Below, piece after piece: positions 22,028 through 39,151 of a DNA stretch of 64,000 nucleotides (positions are counted from its first letter, which is position 1; every line of letters starts with the position of its first letter). Below the pieces are notes generated by a model. That model searched no databases and was not told the DNA's origin. It saw only the letters and a list, made by a program, of their open reading frames with translations. The position numbers and the translations under genes were made by a program. Where the stretch lies: positions 5,664,001 to 5,728,000 of the forward strand of contig CM000152.2 of NCBI GenBank assembly GCA_000004695.1. The letters run 5' to 3'. This stretch comes from Dictyostelium discoideum. Lineage: Eukaryota.

Positions 22028-22593
22028 TTAGAATTTACTTTTTTTTTTTTTTTTTATGGTTATTTTAAATAAAAAACTTAATAACATTTTTTTTTTTTTT
22101 TTTTTTTTTATAGTATTTATTTGATTTTTTTATAGTTATTTTTTATTTTATAGTATTTATTTGATTTTTTTTTAAAAAAAAAAAAAAATTATTAATATTG
22201 TTTTATTTTATTTTTATTTTTTAAAATCACTAACCGTAACAATTATTTGTAAAAATGTTATGTTGACATAAAAATTTAAATATTTTTAAACAAAATAAAA
22301 AAATAAAAAGAAATAAACAAAATTAAAAAACAAGGAAAATTATGATGACGATGATGATAATGATGATCTCCAAATAAAATAATAAATATAATATGAATAT
22401 AATATAATTAATTCTACACAATTATAAATAAAAAGGAAAAAAAGAATTTGTAGTTTTTTTTTTTATTTTTTATTATTTTATTTTATTTTTTTTTTAATTT
22501 ATTTAAATAAATATTAAATTTATCAAAATGAATTTTTAAAAAAGGATTAAAAGTTTTAGTTGTATTTAAATAATTTAAATTATATTGAAATTT

Positions 22594-24292
22594 TTACTTG
22601 GAATCATCTTTAACCAATTCATATTCATCCAAGAATGAATAAATAAAATTCCAATTACAAAAAGTGAAAATATAATTAATATCATAAAGTTTTGAAAATG
22701 ATGATTCTGAAATTGAAATTCTTGAAATATCTAAAGAACCATCATTAATTTTAGATTGAATTAATTTAATTTGATAATAATTTAATATTGTAACATCTAA
22801 AAATTTAATAATTAAAAATTTATTATTATTATCATAATCATTAATAATTTTATTTAATGACCAATTAAATAAACAATTTGATTGATCATCATTATTATTA
22901 TTATTATTATTATTTTTTAATTTTGAAATTATTTGTTGTAAACAATAGGGTGAATTAAATTTATAACCTAATTGATCATACATAAACTTTGAAACTATTA
23001 AATTTTTTGAATCTGTAATTGAAAAATCTAAATCCATTGAACCAATTTTATTATCATGAATAAATTGAATTAAATTTAAATTACCATTTGAAATTATATT
23101 TGTTGAAATTAATCTATTACTCCAATTAAATAATTGATTAAATTTTAATGAATTAAAATAATAATAAATTATAAATTCATTTTCAATCTGATCATCAGCA
23201 AATAATAATAATGAATCAATTTTAATACCAAGTTTTTTAAACCAATAAATATAAATTAAATTACCAATTTCTAATAAATAATTTTCTTGATTTTTAATTG
23301 AAAAAAGAATTGATTTTAAAAATTTTTCAATCAATTCTTTACTTTTTTCTTTTAAAAATAAAAGATTTAAAAATTTAATTTGATTTTCAATCGTTATATT
23401 ACAATTTTCATTGAGATTTAATAATTCTAAATTATTATTATTAATTGAATTTTCATTTTTAAAATTATTTGAAAATTGAAAATTAAAAGTATTTTCAAAT
23501 TTTGATAAGGTTTCAATTAAATTTAAATCACAAAATTTCATTGCAATTGATAAAATATCATCAGATTTTAATAAACAATTTTGTTGAATTTCATCATCAT
23601 CATCATCATCATCATCATCTTTACAAGTTTCATTTATAATGGTTCTATAAATTAATTCTTCCTCTTTATATTGACATGAAAATAATAATACTAAATTTGC
23701 CCAATCATAATCACTAAAAATTTGATAAAAATTTGAAATATTATAATCAATTTTTAAATAATCAAAAATTAATAATCTCTTTATTTCTCTTTTTAAATTA
23801 AAATTTTCAAATTTAATTAATTCTAAATCTTCAAATTTTCCTTTTAAATTTAAAATTATATTTTTTTTTTCTCCTTCTTCTTCTTCTTCTTCTTTATTTT
23901 CAATTGAATCTAACCAATTATTTTTAATTTCATCATCACTATTATTATTATTTTTATTTTTATTTTTATAATTATTATAATTATTATTTAAATTTAATAC
24001 ACCAAATAGAACTATTTTAGATAAAAATTTATTATTTTGTTGTTTATTACATTTATTATTTATAAATTGTTCATCTTTATTTATAAAAATTAAATCTTGT
24101 TTTTCTAATAAATAAAAATCATTATTTAATAATAATTCTTTATTATTATTAAAATTTAATAAATAATTAAACTTTTTTAAAATTGCAAGATATTTTTGAT
24201 TTCTAAAAACTATTGAACTTAAAAATAATGAAGATTTTATAAAATTTATAAACTTTTCATTAATTTCAAATTCTTTATTATTATTTTTATTA

Positions 24293-24380
<88 letters not shown>

Positions 24381-25568
24381 TACTATTACTATTACTATTA
24401 CTATTACTATTACTATTACTATTACTATTACTATTACTATTACTATTACTATTACTATTACTATTATTATTACTATTATTATTACTATTACTACAATGAA
24501 ATATTTTTTTATATTTTAAAAATTCTTTTCTAAGAATGAAAAAATTGAAATTTAATTTTATACCGAATTCATGATAAAGTTTTTTTAATAATTTAAAATC
24601 TAATTTTAATAATTTTTTAAAATAAATATCATTTCTACTTGGTTCGAACCATATACCATTTGATATTTTGATAGTTGTTGTTTTTATTGGTGTTGTTGTT
24701 GGTGGTACAATTGGTAAATTATTTAATAAAAAAAAGTTTTCAATAATTAAATTTCTATTTTTAGATTGTAAAGAATAATAAAAAATTCATCTATATTATA
24801 ATCTTTAATACCAATTTTATTATAAATAAAATTTATAATTTTAAAATTACCAAAATAAATTGCGACATCTAATAATGTAATTTCTTTATTATTATTATTA
24901 TTATCATCATCATCTTTACTACTAATATTACTAATACTACTATTATTTTTTTGTTGTTTTTTATTATTATTATTTAAATATTGGAAAATAGTATTTGAAA
25001 TTTTAAAATGATTTTTTAATTCTTCATTTGTTAAATTATTTTTTAAATTTTTATAAACAATTTTAAAAAATTGATAATTTTTTGAAAAAATTGAAAAAAC
25101 CAATAAATTATTATTTCTATCATTTGAGCTATTATTATTATTAAAATTATTATTTCCAAATGAATAAATTAATTTTTTATAATTTATTTTATAAAATTTA
25201 TTAAAAATTTCTTTTTCTTTATTTTTTAAATAAAGAGATTGTTGTTGCTCTTGTTCTTGTTGTTGTTTTTGTTCTTGAAATTCTTTTAATTTTAAAGGTA
25301 CAATTTCAACAAATGATGATAATGTTTTTATATCAAATATTTCATCAATAAATTCTTCATCATTATTAATTTTATAAAACATTAATTGATAATGTTTATT
25401 TGAAATTACCCATTTCAATGTTATTTCATCATATTTACAAATTTGTGTAAATGATTTACTATTATTTGTTATTTGTCTATTATAATATCTGATGTAATCA
25501 TATATTTTATTAATTAAAAATAAATTATTAAATATTAATTTATATAATTCATAATTTTTATCTTTCAT
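22594..25568 (-). CDS. hypothetical large Asn-rich protein gene (several ORF segments; structure unresolved)
   Basis: ORFs 22594..23541 and 24747..25568. The open frame continues upstream of 23541 through DDDDDDDD and (SN)n tracts to ~24500. A one-nucleotide frame offset sits between the 24747 ORF and the downstream coding-like segment. Confidence 0.4.
24290..24480. repeat. (ATT)n then (AGTAAT/ACTATT)n microsatellites (coding poly-N / SN repeats)
   Basis: Direct tandem repeats visible in the sequence. Confidence 0.85.
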
Positions 25569-25921
25569 TTAATTATTTATTTAATATTTGTTGCATGTAT
25601 GTGATTTTAAAAAAAAAAAAAAAAAAATAAAAAAAAAAAAATTAAAAAAAAATAAAAAATAAAAAAAAAAAAAGATTAAAAATCTTTTTTGATTATAAAA
25701 AAAAAAAAAAATTAAAAAAAAAATTAAATTAAAATGCCATGCAAAACAAATTCAAAATGTGGGATTTTATTAAACAATTGAGAATTTTTATATGGCAAAA
25801 AAAAAAAAAAAAAGAATTTGCTTTTATGCCTATATTTTAAACAATTAAAACAAGTTTCTACCAAAATAAAATTAAAAATAAATATTTAAAATAAAATAAA
25901 AAAAATTAATCCAAACCGGCA

Positions 25922-25987
<66 letters not shown>

Positions 25988-26010
25988 ATGCGACAATTTG
26001 ACAGATTTCG

Positions 26011-26041
<31 letters not shown>

Positions 26042-26072
26042 ATATTTTTTTTTTTTAATTTAATTTCCAAAA

Positions 26073-26333
26073 ATGATTAAAAATTGTATAAATAAACAAA
26101 CTACAAAAAATTATTTTAATATTTTAATATCAGAATTAAATAATAACTATAAAAATGTTCAACTTTTAACATTTTCAAATCTTTTTATAAATAATAATAA
26201 TAATAAATATCAATATAATAATTATTCAAGAAAACCACCAAAATTTGATCAAGAAGAAGAAGAAGAAAAAAGTAATAGATCAATTAAAAGAGATAGACAA
26301 TATAATAAATTATTAACATTACCTGGTAGAGTA

Positions 26334-26377
<44 letters not shown>

Positions 26378-27388
26378 TAACAATTTATTAATTATTATTT
26401 TAATTTATTTTTTTTTTTTTTTTTTTATTTTTTTTATTTATTTTTTAATAAATATATAATAAAAAAAAAAAAGAATTTAAAACAACAATTAAAAATTTTA
26501 AAAGATAATCCAATTGAAGTTTTAAAAAAAGTTAAAGAAGTACCAATGTCAGAATTTTTAGAAGTTAAAGCATTTGATATTAAAGAAAAAATTGAAAATA
26601 TTGAAAATTTAAATGAAAAAGAGATTAAACAAAAAGAAAGAGAAATTAAAAAGATAAAGAATCAAATAGTTTTTGAAATGTCAAGAGAGGAAACATCATT
26701 TGATAATATTTATATGGTTGATTGTTTATCGAAAATGAATTATGCAATTCATGAAATTAAAAAAGAGAAATTGATTGGATTAGATATTGAAGCCATTGAA
26801 ATGGGTAAAAAAGGTGATATTTCATTGGTTCAAATTTCAACACCCAATGGTAGAATCTATCTTTTTGATATTATTAAAATGGGTGCTAATGTAACACCAT
26901 TCAAGTATGGTTTAAAAGAGGTTTTAGAATCTGTTAAAATTTTAAAGGTTGTACATGATTGTAGACGTGATAGTGAAATTCTATTCCATCGTTATCAAGT
27001 TGCATTGGCTCACGTTTATGATGTTCAAATCGCTCATGCTTTGGTTCAAAAAAAGATTCAAGGTAATATTCCAATTCGTCGTTATGGTTTCAATGAATTG
27101 ATTGATCTATATACCTCTAGAAAATATTCAGAAATTTGTATTGATATTAAATTTAAAGTGAAACAACAATTTGAAAATCAACCTGAAGTTTGGGCAAAAA
27201 GACCTTTACCAAAAGATTTCATTGATTATGCAAGTTTAGATGCCGCTTGTTTATTACCAATTTATTATCATATTAAACCAAAATTACAATCAAATTTTGA
27301 TCGTAGATTTTTAAAAACTCATTTTAATGAACAATTAACTTATTTTAAAGATTCAATTAGACAATTATATCCAAGAAATTTAATTTAA
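26073..27388 (+). CDS. DEDDy-type 3'-5' exonuclease domain protein (WRN-exo/Mut-7/EXD-like), 2 exons
   Basis: join 26073..26330, 26474..27388. Motifs LDIEAIE (Exo I), VVHDCRRDSEILF (Exo II), YASLDAACLLPIY (Exo III). Confidence 0.8.
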
Positions 27389-27442
27389 AAAAATAAATAA
27401 ATAAAATGAATAATAATATTTTTTATAAAATGTAATTTTTTG

Positions 27443-27481
<39 letters not shown>

Positions 27482-27747
27482 TTTTTTTTCACTTTTTTTC
27501 TTTTCGCTTTTTTTTTTTTTCACATTTTTATTTTTCACATTTTTTTGTCAACAAAATTTTCACATTTTTTATAGTTTTTTAGAAAATATCACATATATGA
27601 AAACAATAAAAAAAAAATAAAAATAAAATAAAATAAAAGAATATTAATTAATTAATTATAAGAAAGAAAGAATAAATAAACAAACCAAATAAATAAATAA
27701 ATAAATAAACGAATAATATACAAATACTACATTTTATAAATCAAACT

Positions 27748-28035
27748 ATGAATAAGAGTGTGTCCATTAATAGTGAACATAAAAAAAAGATTTTAAAATT
27801 ATTTAGAAATATATTAAGAGTATATATAGTTTTTTTTTTTTTTTTATATATTTATAAAGATGATTATAATATATTAACACTAATTTATTTTTTAAAATAC
27901 TATTAGGAAAGACTGGGATTTCCAACTGAAAATAGGAGAGAATATATATTAATTAAAACAAGACAAGAATTTAGAAAAGCGAAAAATGAAACTGATCCAA
28001 AGAAATTAAGAGGTTTAACAATGTAATTTATCTTT

Positions 28036-28098
<63 letters not shown>

Positions 28099-28463
28099 GA
28101 TTGGAATAGGGTTGTTGTGACAAGATTAAAAAAAAAGAATCAGATGTTCTTTTAATATTTTCATAAAAACATATCATGTTCTTTTTTTAAGGGAATTAAT
28201 CATTTAATGTTTTAATTATTAACTTTATTATTTATTTTAGTATTGGAAATACACAATTAGATACAGTTATAGTTCAAGCGAAACATCTTAGTTCAATTTT
28301 AGATAGAGAACCAACACAATATGAACAAAGAAATAATTTATCATATGAAGAATATAAAAAAGATAAAAGTACTGAAAATGATAAAACCTTAAAAATATTT
28401 CCAGAATTTTTAAATAAAAAGAAAATAAAGAAAAAGAAAAACCCAGAAGACGATATAAATTAA
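27748..28463 (+). CDS. LYR-motif (complex1_LYR/LYRM-family) small protein, 3 exons
   Basis: join 27748..27819, 27907..28022, 28241..28463. ILKLFRNILR...ENRREYILIKTRQEFRKAKNETDPKKL resembles LYRM1/4 family proteins. Exon phases are consistent. Confidence 0.65.
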
Positions 28464-28624
28464 TAAATAATAAATAATAAAATATAATGGATTAAAAAAA
28501 AATAAAAAAAAAAAAGTAAAAAAAAAAAAAAGAAATATAAAAAATAACACATATAACAATTGTAAAAAAAAAAGAAAAAAAAAAAAGAAATAAAGAAATA
28601 AAAAAATCATTTAAATTATTATAC

Positions 28625-28659
<35 letters not shown>

Positions 28660-28687
28660 TTTTAAAAAATTTCAAATTTATTTGTAA

Positions 28688-30949
<2,262 letters not shown>

Positions 30950-31518
30950 TTAAATTTTTTTTTTTTTTTATTTATTAATCTTTCATTAATTAAAAGATTA
31001 ATGATGAAAATTTAAGATTATTTTGGTATAAATTAAAATATCCTTATTATATTTAAATATCTTTTATCTTTATAAAAATAATTCATTCGCCAAAAAAAAA
31101 AAAAACAATAACCATGTAAATAAACTCGTATCGTTTTTTCAAAATTCAATTTTCATTTTTATTTTTTTTTTATTTTTTTTTTTTTAAAAAAAATAACGTT
31201 CAAAATCGATATTTAATAATATTTTAATTATTTAAAAATATAAAATAATAATAAAATAATTAAATAATATAATTGTTATTATAATTTTAAAAATAAACGA
31301 TAATTTTTAAAAAATGAAATAAATTATTTTTTAAAAAAAATAATATAATTAAAAAATAAAATTAAAAATTAAAAATTAAAAAATGAAAAAAAAAAAAAAC
31401 GAAAAAAAAAAAAAACAAAACAAAAAAAAAAAACAAATCGAAAAGATTAATTTTTTTTTTTCTTTTATTTTTAAAACCTTATTGTTTAATTACAGTTGTA
31501 TTAATATAAAAATTTAAA

Positions 31519-32365
31519 ATGCCAGGTAATAATTTTATATATTAATGTTTTTTTTTTTTTTTTTTTTCTAAACAATTTTTCCTATTCATTTTTTAAATAA
31601 TTTTTATTAATTATATAATTTTTTTCATTTTTTTATTTTTATTTTTTTTTTTAAAATTTAAATCTAAATTTAGAATATGGATCATTAGAATATTGGGATG
31701 ATAGATATACAAATTTAACAATTAAAAAAGATTTTGATTGGTATCATGGTTATCCAACATTAAAAGTATTTTTAAATAAATTTTTCAAAAAAAAGGATAA
31801 AATTTTAATGATAGGTTGTGGTAATAGTAAATTAGGAGAAGATATGAACGATGATGAATTTGTTGACATTATCAATATGGACTATTCAGAGCCATTGATT
31901 GAATATATGAAAGAAAGAACTAAAGGAAGAATTGGATTAGAATATTTAACAATGGATGGCAGAGATATGAAACCATTCTTCAAAGATAATCACTTTGACC
32001 ATGTTTTCGATAAAGGTACATTAGATGCAGTCATGTGTAGTGATGATGATAATGAAAATGCAAAACAGATTTTATTAGAAGTTAGTAGAGTACTTAAACC
32101 TGGTGGTTTCTTCATTGTAATGACATATGGTTCACCAGAATCACGTTTACCATTATTAAATAATCCAATTCATAATTGGACTACCGAGTTAAGAATGGCA
32201 GGTTCAAATGAAAACTCTCAAATGAATCAATGTCATTATGTCTATATTTGTAATAAAAATTCTGAAAATGGTGAATCAATGAAACATACCTTTCCAATTG
32301 AAACTCATTCTCATTTTTTAAATTCTTCAATTGGTGAAGTACCTTTAGAAATTTTAAAATTGTAA
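31519..32365 (+). CDS. SAM-dependent methyltransferase, METTL13 N-terminal / EEF1AKMT4-like (7-nt first exon)
   Basis: join 31519..31525, 31674..32365. EYGSLEYWDDRYT... then ILMIGCGNS (motif I), DMNDDEFVDIINMDYS, FDKGTLDA, LKPGGFFIVMTYG. Confidence 0.8.
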
Positions 32366-32609
32366 AAAAAAAAAAAATAAAAAAAATAAAAATATATATT
32401 TATATATTATCTATTTATTTATAATAAATTTTTTTTGTTTAATTATTTTTTTAAAAAAATAAAAATAAAAAAAAAAGAAAAAGATAATAAATAAAAAGGT
32501 TTTTTTTTTTTATTATTATTTTTTATTTTTTTTTTATTATTTTTTTTTATGGCATTAAAATTATTTTATACCATTATCATCACCCAACAAAATTTTTATT
32601 ATTATTTAT

Positions 32610-34400
32610 TTAAACCATTGTTGTATTTGAACGTTGTCTAACATTATTTTCATATTCAAGAATTGTTGGAATTTTTGGGATTGGTTTTGGTGGTAAAGTT
32701 AATGAGGGTGGTTTTGGTGGTAAAATTGGTAATTGACTTTGATTTTTAGTTGGTGAAATTGGATTTGAATCACTATTACCACCAATTTGTGGTGGTATTG
32801 ATAAAGGTGGTATATTGGTTGATGTTGGCGTTGTAGGTTGTAATGTATTTGATTCATTAGTTGTTATTGGTGTTATTGGTAAAAGTTTACATTTATTTTT
32901 ATCAGGTAATGGTGGTGGTAAATTTGGATATAATTGTGATTGACTTTGACTATTTAAAGTAGGTGTTGTTGTTGATTTTATTATTGGATCTGATGATGGT
33001 GGTGGTAAATTTGGATATAATTGTGATTGACTATTTGAAGTAGGTGTTGGTGGTATTGGATTTGATGGTGGTAAACGATGGGTTGTTGTTGTTGTTGTTG
33101 GTTGTGGTGAGGGAGTTGTTGTTGTTGTTGTTGTTATTATTCTTGGTGACAGTGATGGTTCATTATTATCATCAATTGATGAAGTTATTATTGGTGGTGG
33201 TAAAGTTGTATTTGTTGTGTTTGATGATAAAATAGGTGAAATTGGTGGTGGAGGTAACGCAGATAAAATACTAGCTGTAGTGAAATTTGGTGAAGATCCA
33301 ATTGGAGATCTTGGACTAATTGGATTTTTACTAGATAAATAAGAAGATGATGATGTTGAATTTTGAGAAGATGGTGGCGAAACGAAATCAGTTTGTGCTC
33401 TTGCTTGTCTAGTTCTTGGTTGAAATAAATTTGGATCCTCAAAGATTTCATCATAATTTAATAAAATACTTGACATTAATGTTTTAGTAGATTTTGAATC
33501 TTCAACTGTAAATTGTAAAATTTCTAAATCTGTATTTGCTTGTGGTCTTAATATTGTTGGTAAAAATACTATAGACACTGTAATTATTAAATAATATTTT
33601 TAAAAAATAAATTAAATTAAATTTTATACATATGTGTATTAATATTTATTAATTAAAAAAAAAAAAAAAAAAAAACTTTTAAAAATACTTACATGCATCA
33701 GGTGTCATTTTATTTACATTTGAATTTTCAACAACTTTTTGAAGGAAACTAAATATATATTTCATAACTTTTCTATTAAATGGTGGTAAATGTGCAATAA
33801 CTTTTTTAAGTAATTCAACTTTAACTTTTTCATCTGCTATAGCTATATATATTAAATATAAATTAATTGTTAATATATTTATTATAAAAAAAAAAAATTT
33901 AAAAAAATAAATTAAAACCTACATTCACAAGCAATAAACATATCATAATGTTCAAAAGTACAAAGAGGAACTTTTAATTCCCTCAAGTATGCTTTTAAAA
34001 GTGATGCTACAACATGAGCTTCATGGGGTGGAAAATTTACAGGTTTATCATTATCATAGAGAGATCTATAGCTTTGAATTGATGCTAATGAGCCATTTTC
34101 TCTAAAAATACCTGGGGTTTGTAACCCAAATAGTTGTAGATAATCAATGGTTTGTACTAAAATGGTTGGTAATTCCTCTTCAAATAAAAATGGTAAACTA
34201 CCACCAAAAACTTTTTTAACATTATTATTATTATTATTATTATTTATATTATTATCTTTCTCTATTTCTTGATTCTTTTTTTTATCTTTTGATTTTTTAT
34301 CTTTTTTTTCTTTTTCTTTAATTTCTTTTTCTTTATCCCTATCTTTATCTTTTTCTATATTTTCTAAATTCTCTTTTTCTTTTTTTTTACCAAATTTCAT
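32610..34400 (-). CDS. RhoGAP-domain protein with Pro/Thr/Ser-rich C-terminal tail, 3 exons
   Basis: join 33923..34400, 33693..33842, 32610..33577. GIFRENGS...[18 protein letters not shown] (Arg-finger region), [18 protein letters not shown]. Confidence 0.8.
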
Positions 34401-34640
34401 TTTTTATTTATATATGTATATATTTATTTTTTTTTTTTTTTTATTTTTTTTTATTATGCTTTTTTTTTTTAATATTGGTTTTTTACTATTAATTTATTAT
34501 TTTTTTTATTAATAGCAATTAATAAAATTTTTTTTTTTCTTTATTTTCTTTTTTTTTTTTTTTGTTCAATAAAAAAAATTAATTAATTAATTAATTAATT
34601 AAACTTTTATTATTTAAAGGTGGTTGTTGGAATGAAAAAA

Positions 34641-34676
<36 letters not shown>

Positions 34677-35821
34677 GTGTATGGGGTGTAAGTTTAAACA
34701 GAAAAAAAAAAAAATAAAAATAAAAAAGAAAAATAATAAATTAAGTTATTTTTTATTTTATTTTTTTAAAAAAAAAATAAAAAAATAAAAATAATTATTA
34801 TTATTATTAATTAAATAAATAAATAAATAAATAAACAAATAAAATAAAATTTTTTTTTGGGGTTTTTTTTTTTTTTTTAATAATGCACAAAAAAAAAATA
34901 TATATATATTTATTTGTGTATGAATTGTAGTTAATGGAATGATGATGTGTGATGGATGTAAATTTTTTGTGTGTTTGTTATTTTTAATTATTTTAATTTT
35001 TTTTTTTAATTTTTTTTTTTTTTTATTTAAAAATTATTATTGCAATTATTATAATTATTATAATTATATCAAATTATTATTATTTTTATCACTATTATTA
35101 CTATTATTACTATTATTGCTTTTATTATGGGTTTTTTTTTTTTTTTTTTAAAAGATTAAAATAAAAAAAAATAATAAAAAATAAAATAAAATAAAATTTT
35201 ATTATTATTTATTTTTAAATTTTTTGATATGGGTATCTCGCATTAATAATATAGATATATGGTGTGTTTTTTATGAGTGTGTGAGCTCACGAATAAGAGG
35301 TGTGTGATATAAATTTTTTTTTTTTTTTTTTTTTTTTAATTTTTTTTTTTTTAAAATTTATATATATTTTTTTTTTATATAAGTAAAACTTTAATTTTAT
35401 ATAGTTTTTTTAATTTTTTTGAATGTGTAAATAGCAGTCTTGTATGTAAATTTATAAAGTGGATTATTTATTTTAGATTAAAAAAAAAAAAATTGAAAAA
35501 TAATTAAAAAAAAAAAAAGTAAAAAAAAAAAACTTTGTGCGTACTCTTTCGTTCAAATCTAGATTCATATAATTTTTATATGAAAAAAAAAAAAAAATCA
35601 AAAAATAAAATGAAAAAAAAAATCAAAAAAAAAATCAAAAAAAAAAAAAAAAAAAAAAAAAAAACAAAAATAAATAAAAAAAAACAAAAAAATTCTGATA
35701 AAATAAAAAATAAAAAATAAAAAATAAAATTAATAAAAAAAAAAAAAAAAAAATATTTATATGATTTATTTGAAAAATTTTAAATTAAAAAATAATTTTA
35801 TTTAATTAATTAAAATAAAAA

Positions 35822-38800
35822 TTAAACGGTTGCTTCAATTGGTTTCTCAGACTTTAAATTTGGCGAGAATTTTAAAACTGAATAAGGAATATTTGAGGTT
35901 AAACTTGGTGCAATACTATTAATTAAACTATTACCATTATTATTGATATTATTATTACTATTATTATTGATATTATTATTTAGACCATTATTATTATTAT
36001 TATTATTATTGATATTATTGATATTATTCATATTATTATTAGGATTATTATTATTAGGATTATTATTATTATTATTATTAATAATTTGTTTTCTTGATTT
36101 ATCTTTAAAGAATAAAACGATAATTAAAATGACAACAGCACAAATTGCAATATAACCAGTGATAGCTAATTGTGAAGAATCGGTTTCATTTGGATAACGA
36201 TCACTACCACGAGTATTTGGTACGGTTAGAGGTGGAATAACTTTATCACGTTGTTCCCATGTGATATTTAAGTATTTCTCTAAATTGGGCCATTGTGGAT
36301 CAGGGAATTGATTTGGATAGATTTGATTACCACAAGTTTGAGCCAACATGACCGATTCAGGTTTACTAACGATCTTGGAAAACTTTTTCATCTCTTTAAT
36401 TGAACCACTATCGGTTGTTCTACTTGGTAGTTCCAATTGTTTTAATGATTTTGAAATTGGTAATAACGGTCTATGTAATGTGCCAATGGTTGGGAAATAA
36501 TTGGTAATTGAAGGACTACCCTCTTTCAATACTGATAAAATATCTTCAATTAACCAAAAACAATCTAACCTATTCTTATCCTTATTTGGTGATTCATCTA
36601 AACAATTTGAATCACCAAATACAACAATATTACCACTTGAATAAATTGAATTATCTTCTTTTTTTTCTTTATTCTTTTTATTATTATTATCACTATTACT
36701 ATTATTATTATTACTATTGCTATTATTACTATCACTATTACTGTTGGTACTACTACTACTACTAGTACTACTACTAGTATTATCAACAATACTATTATCA
36801 GAACTATCTTGAGTTGATTCATCATCATTATTATTAATACTTGATTCAATATTATTATTATTTTTTAAAATTCTTTTTGAAATTATAGTTGAATTTGAAT
36901 CATTAGTTGAATCAGAACTATCAGAACTATGTTCATTTTCTAAAGTTGTTGGTTGAAAGAAACCTAATACAGGTACTTTTGATTGTGAAGTTCTACCTTT
37001 AGTGATGAGACGAGTTTGATCTACTAATGAAGCTTCTAAAATTTTACCACCAGCAGGGAAACCAATGATAGAGGTACCTGATGAAAATGTTGAAACTTTA
37101 TTACCTACAGAGAATTCACCATTGTAAATACTATCACCAAAATAAATTCCAAACACTGATAGGAAATCATTGAGAGCTGGTACATTTGAACCACCAGTAG
37201 CGGGTGACCATAATTGTTGAGTATTATCATCATGAAATTCAATTAATTTCATCACCTCGGTATTATACCAATCTGCGAAAACTATTAAATTCAAACCATG
37301 ATTTCTAACATCCTCTTCAATCTTTTTAATTTCTGATGGTAAAAACTCTTCCTCTGGGTCAATGATCATCAATGTACCATAGTTTGATGGATTGAAACAA
37401 GTCAATGGTGAGCCAATCACCTCTACAAAGTAACCCAATTGTGTTAACTTTCCATAAAGTTTTCTAAAATTGGTATGAATATGATCACCATTCCAATCGA
37501 ATGGTTCATTCTTTGTTTCCAATGAATCACGTGGGAAAAATCCTAATGGATAACGTAGATTATGAAATTGATCCCAAAGTATACGACGTTCTCTTGGTGG
37601 TTTTGGTATAATTTGAACACGTACAGGTAATTGTATTGTATAATAATTTCTAGATAATGTTGATTTAATATTATTATTGTTGATATTATTATTATTATTA
37701 TTATCAATTGCAATTATAACTTCAACAGAACCTTCAGCAACACCATTAAATGATTGTGATTCTTCAGGTACAGTAAAGAAAATACCTAAATGACCAGTCC
37801 ATGGCCAAATGGTTGATTGATAAGAAAAGTCAACTTTTAAATGATGACCATTTCTAGAGGCATTCCAATAGGTGTTTACAATTTCACCACTTACACTAAT
37901 ACCATTTAGAATGGTAGCATTCACAATGATTGGCATTGAGGTATGATAAAGTTTTTGAGTACAATAAGGCCAGAGGTATGGACATGTATCTTTATTAGTT
38001 GGTAAGAAATCCAATTGTGATGGTGATATGGTTATCTTGGGTCTGTAATGATCCAATAGGCTCTTTGCACCCAATACGTTCAATTTGCCATTACCCTGTT
38101 CGAAAATACCTGCATTTTTAATTTTTTCAGCACTTTCAATGAGAACTTGCTTCATTGAGGAGGGGTTGATAATGCTTTTATCCTTCACAGTTGAGATTAG
38201 CAATGCAATGGCACCACTCACCACTGGTGAAGAGACTGAAGTGCCCGATAATGCTTTACAATTATCATCATGACCATTCAATGGCGAGCCGTAAACACCC
38301 GATCCATAGGCCACGATGTCTGGTTTAACCCTACCATATCCATGTGGTAGTTCCCATGTGGTCATACCTCTGCTAGAGAATGATGCCAATTGGTCGTTGT
38401 AATCTATACCACCCACACCAATCACATCGGATTGGTCGGCTGGGTTATTTAAAGTACCATACAACGGACCGTCATTGCCAATGGCCGAAACCACAATGAT
38501 CTTATTTGCAGACACTTCCCACACCTTTTCAACAAATGGTTTATCCATGAAATCAGGTCCACCAATTGAAAGATTCAATACGTCAACTTTGGTTAGAATC
38601 ACATGATTGAAGGCATCAATGAACCAACTTGTGAATGAAACCTTCTCAGAATTGAAAACCCTATAGATATAAATCTCTGCATCTGGTGCAAAACCCATAC
38701 ATTTCTCTGAGGAACTTGCAATTATACCCGTAACAAATGTACCATGACCAATGGTATCAGTATTACTCTTTTTCTTATTTTCAACTTTTTCACGTGCCCA

Positions 38801-39110
38801 ATCGGTTATCTCTACAACATTTGAAAAATGAGGATGATCCTTTGCCAAACCTGTATCAAATACTGCAACTTTTGTACCTCTACCTGTGAATCCTTGATTC
38901 CACAATTTCCTCACATTAAACAAATCCGTAATCTGTATATGATCATTAATCGATTTCAATTTTCTACCAACACTTTGATTATAATCTCTACCATTCATCT
39001 CTAAATCAATCATTTCTTCTGGTATCTCTTGATGAATTCTACCATACATTTTTAAATTATCATTAATTTCATTATCATTTTTATTATTATTATTTTCATC
39101 ATCTTCATTT

Positions 39111-39151
<41 letters not shown>

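Noticed and set aside
25920-25982. Very long A/T homopolymers (for example T56 at ~25925, A53 at ~28040, A38 at ~5471) as candidate special elements
   Set aside because: Such tracts are ubiquitous in Dictyostelium intergenic DNA. Only the tract abutting the mucin-gene ATG was kept as a finding.
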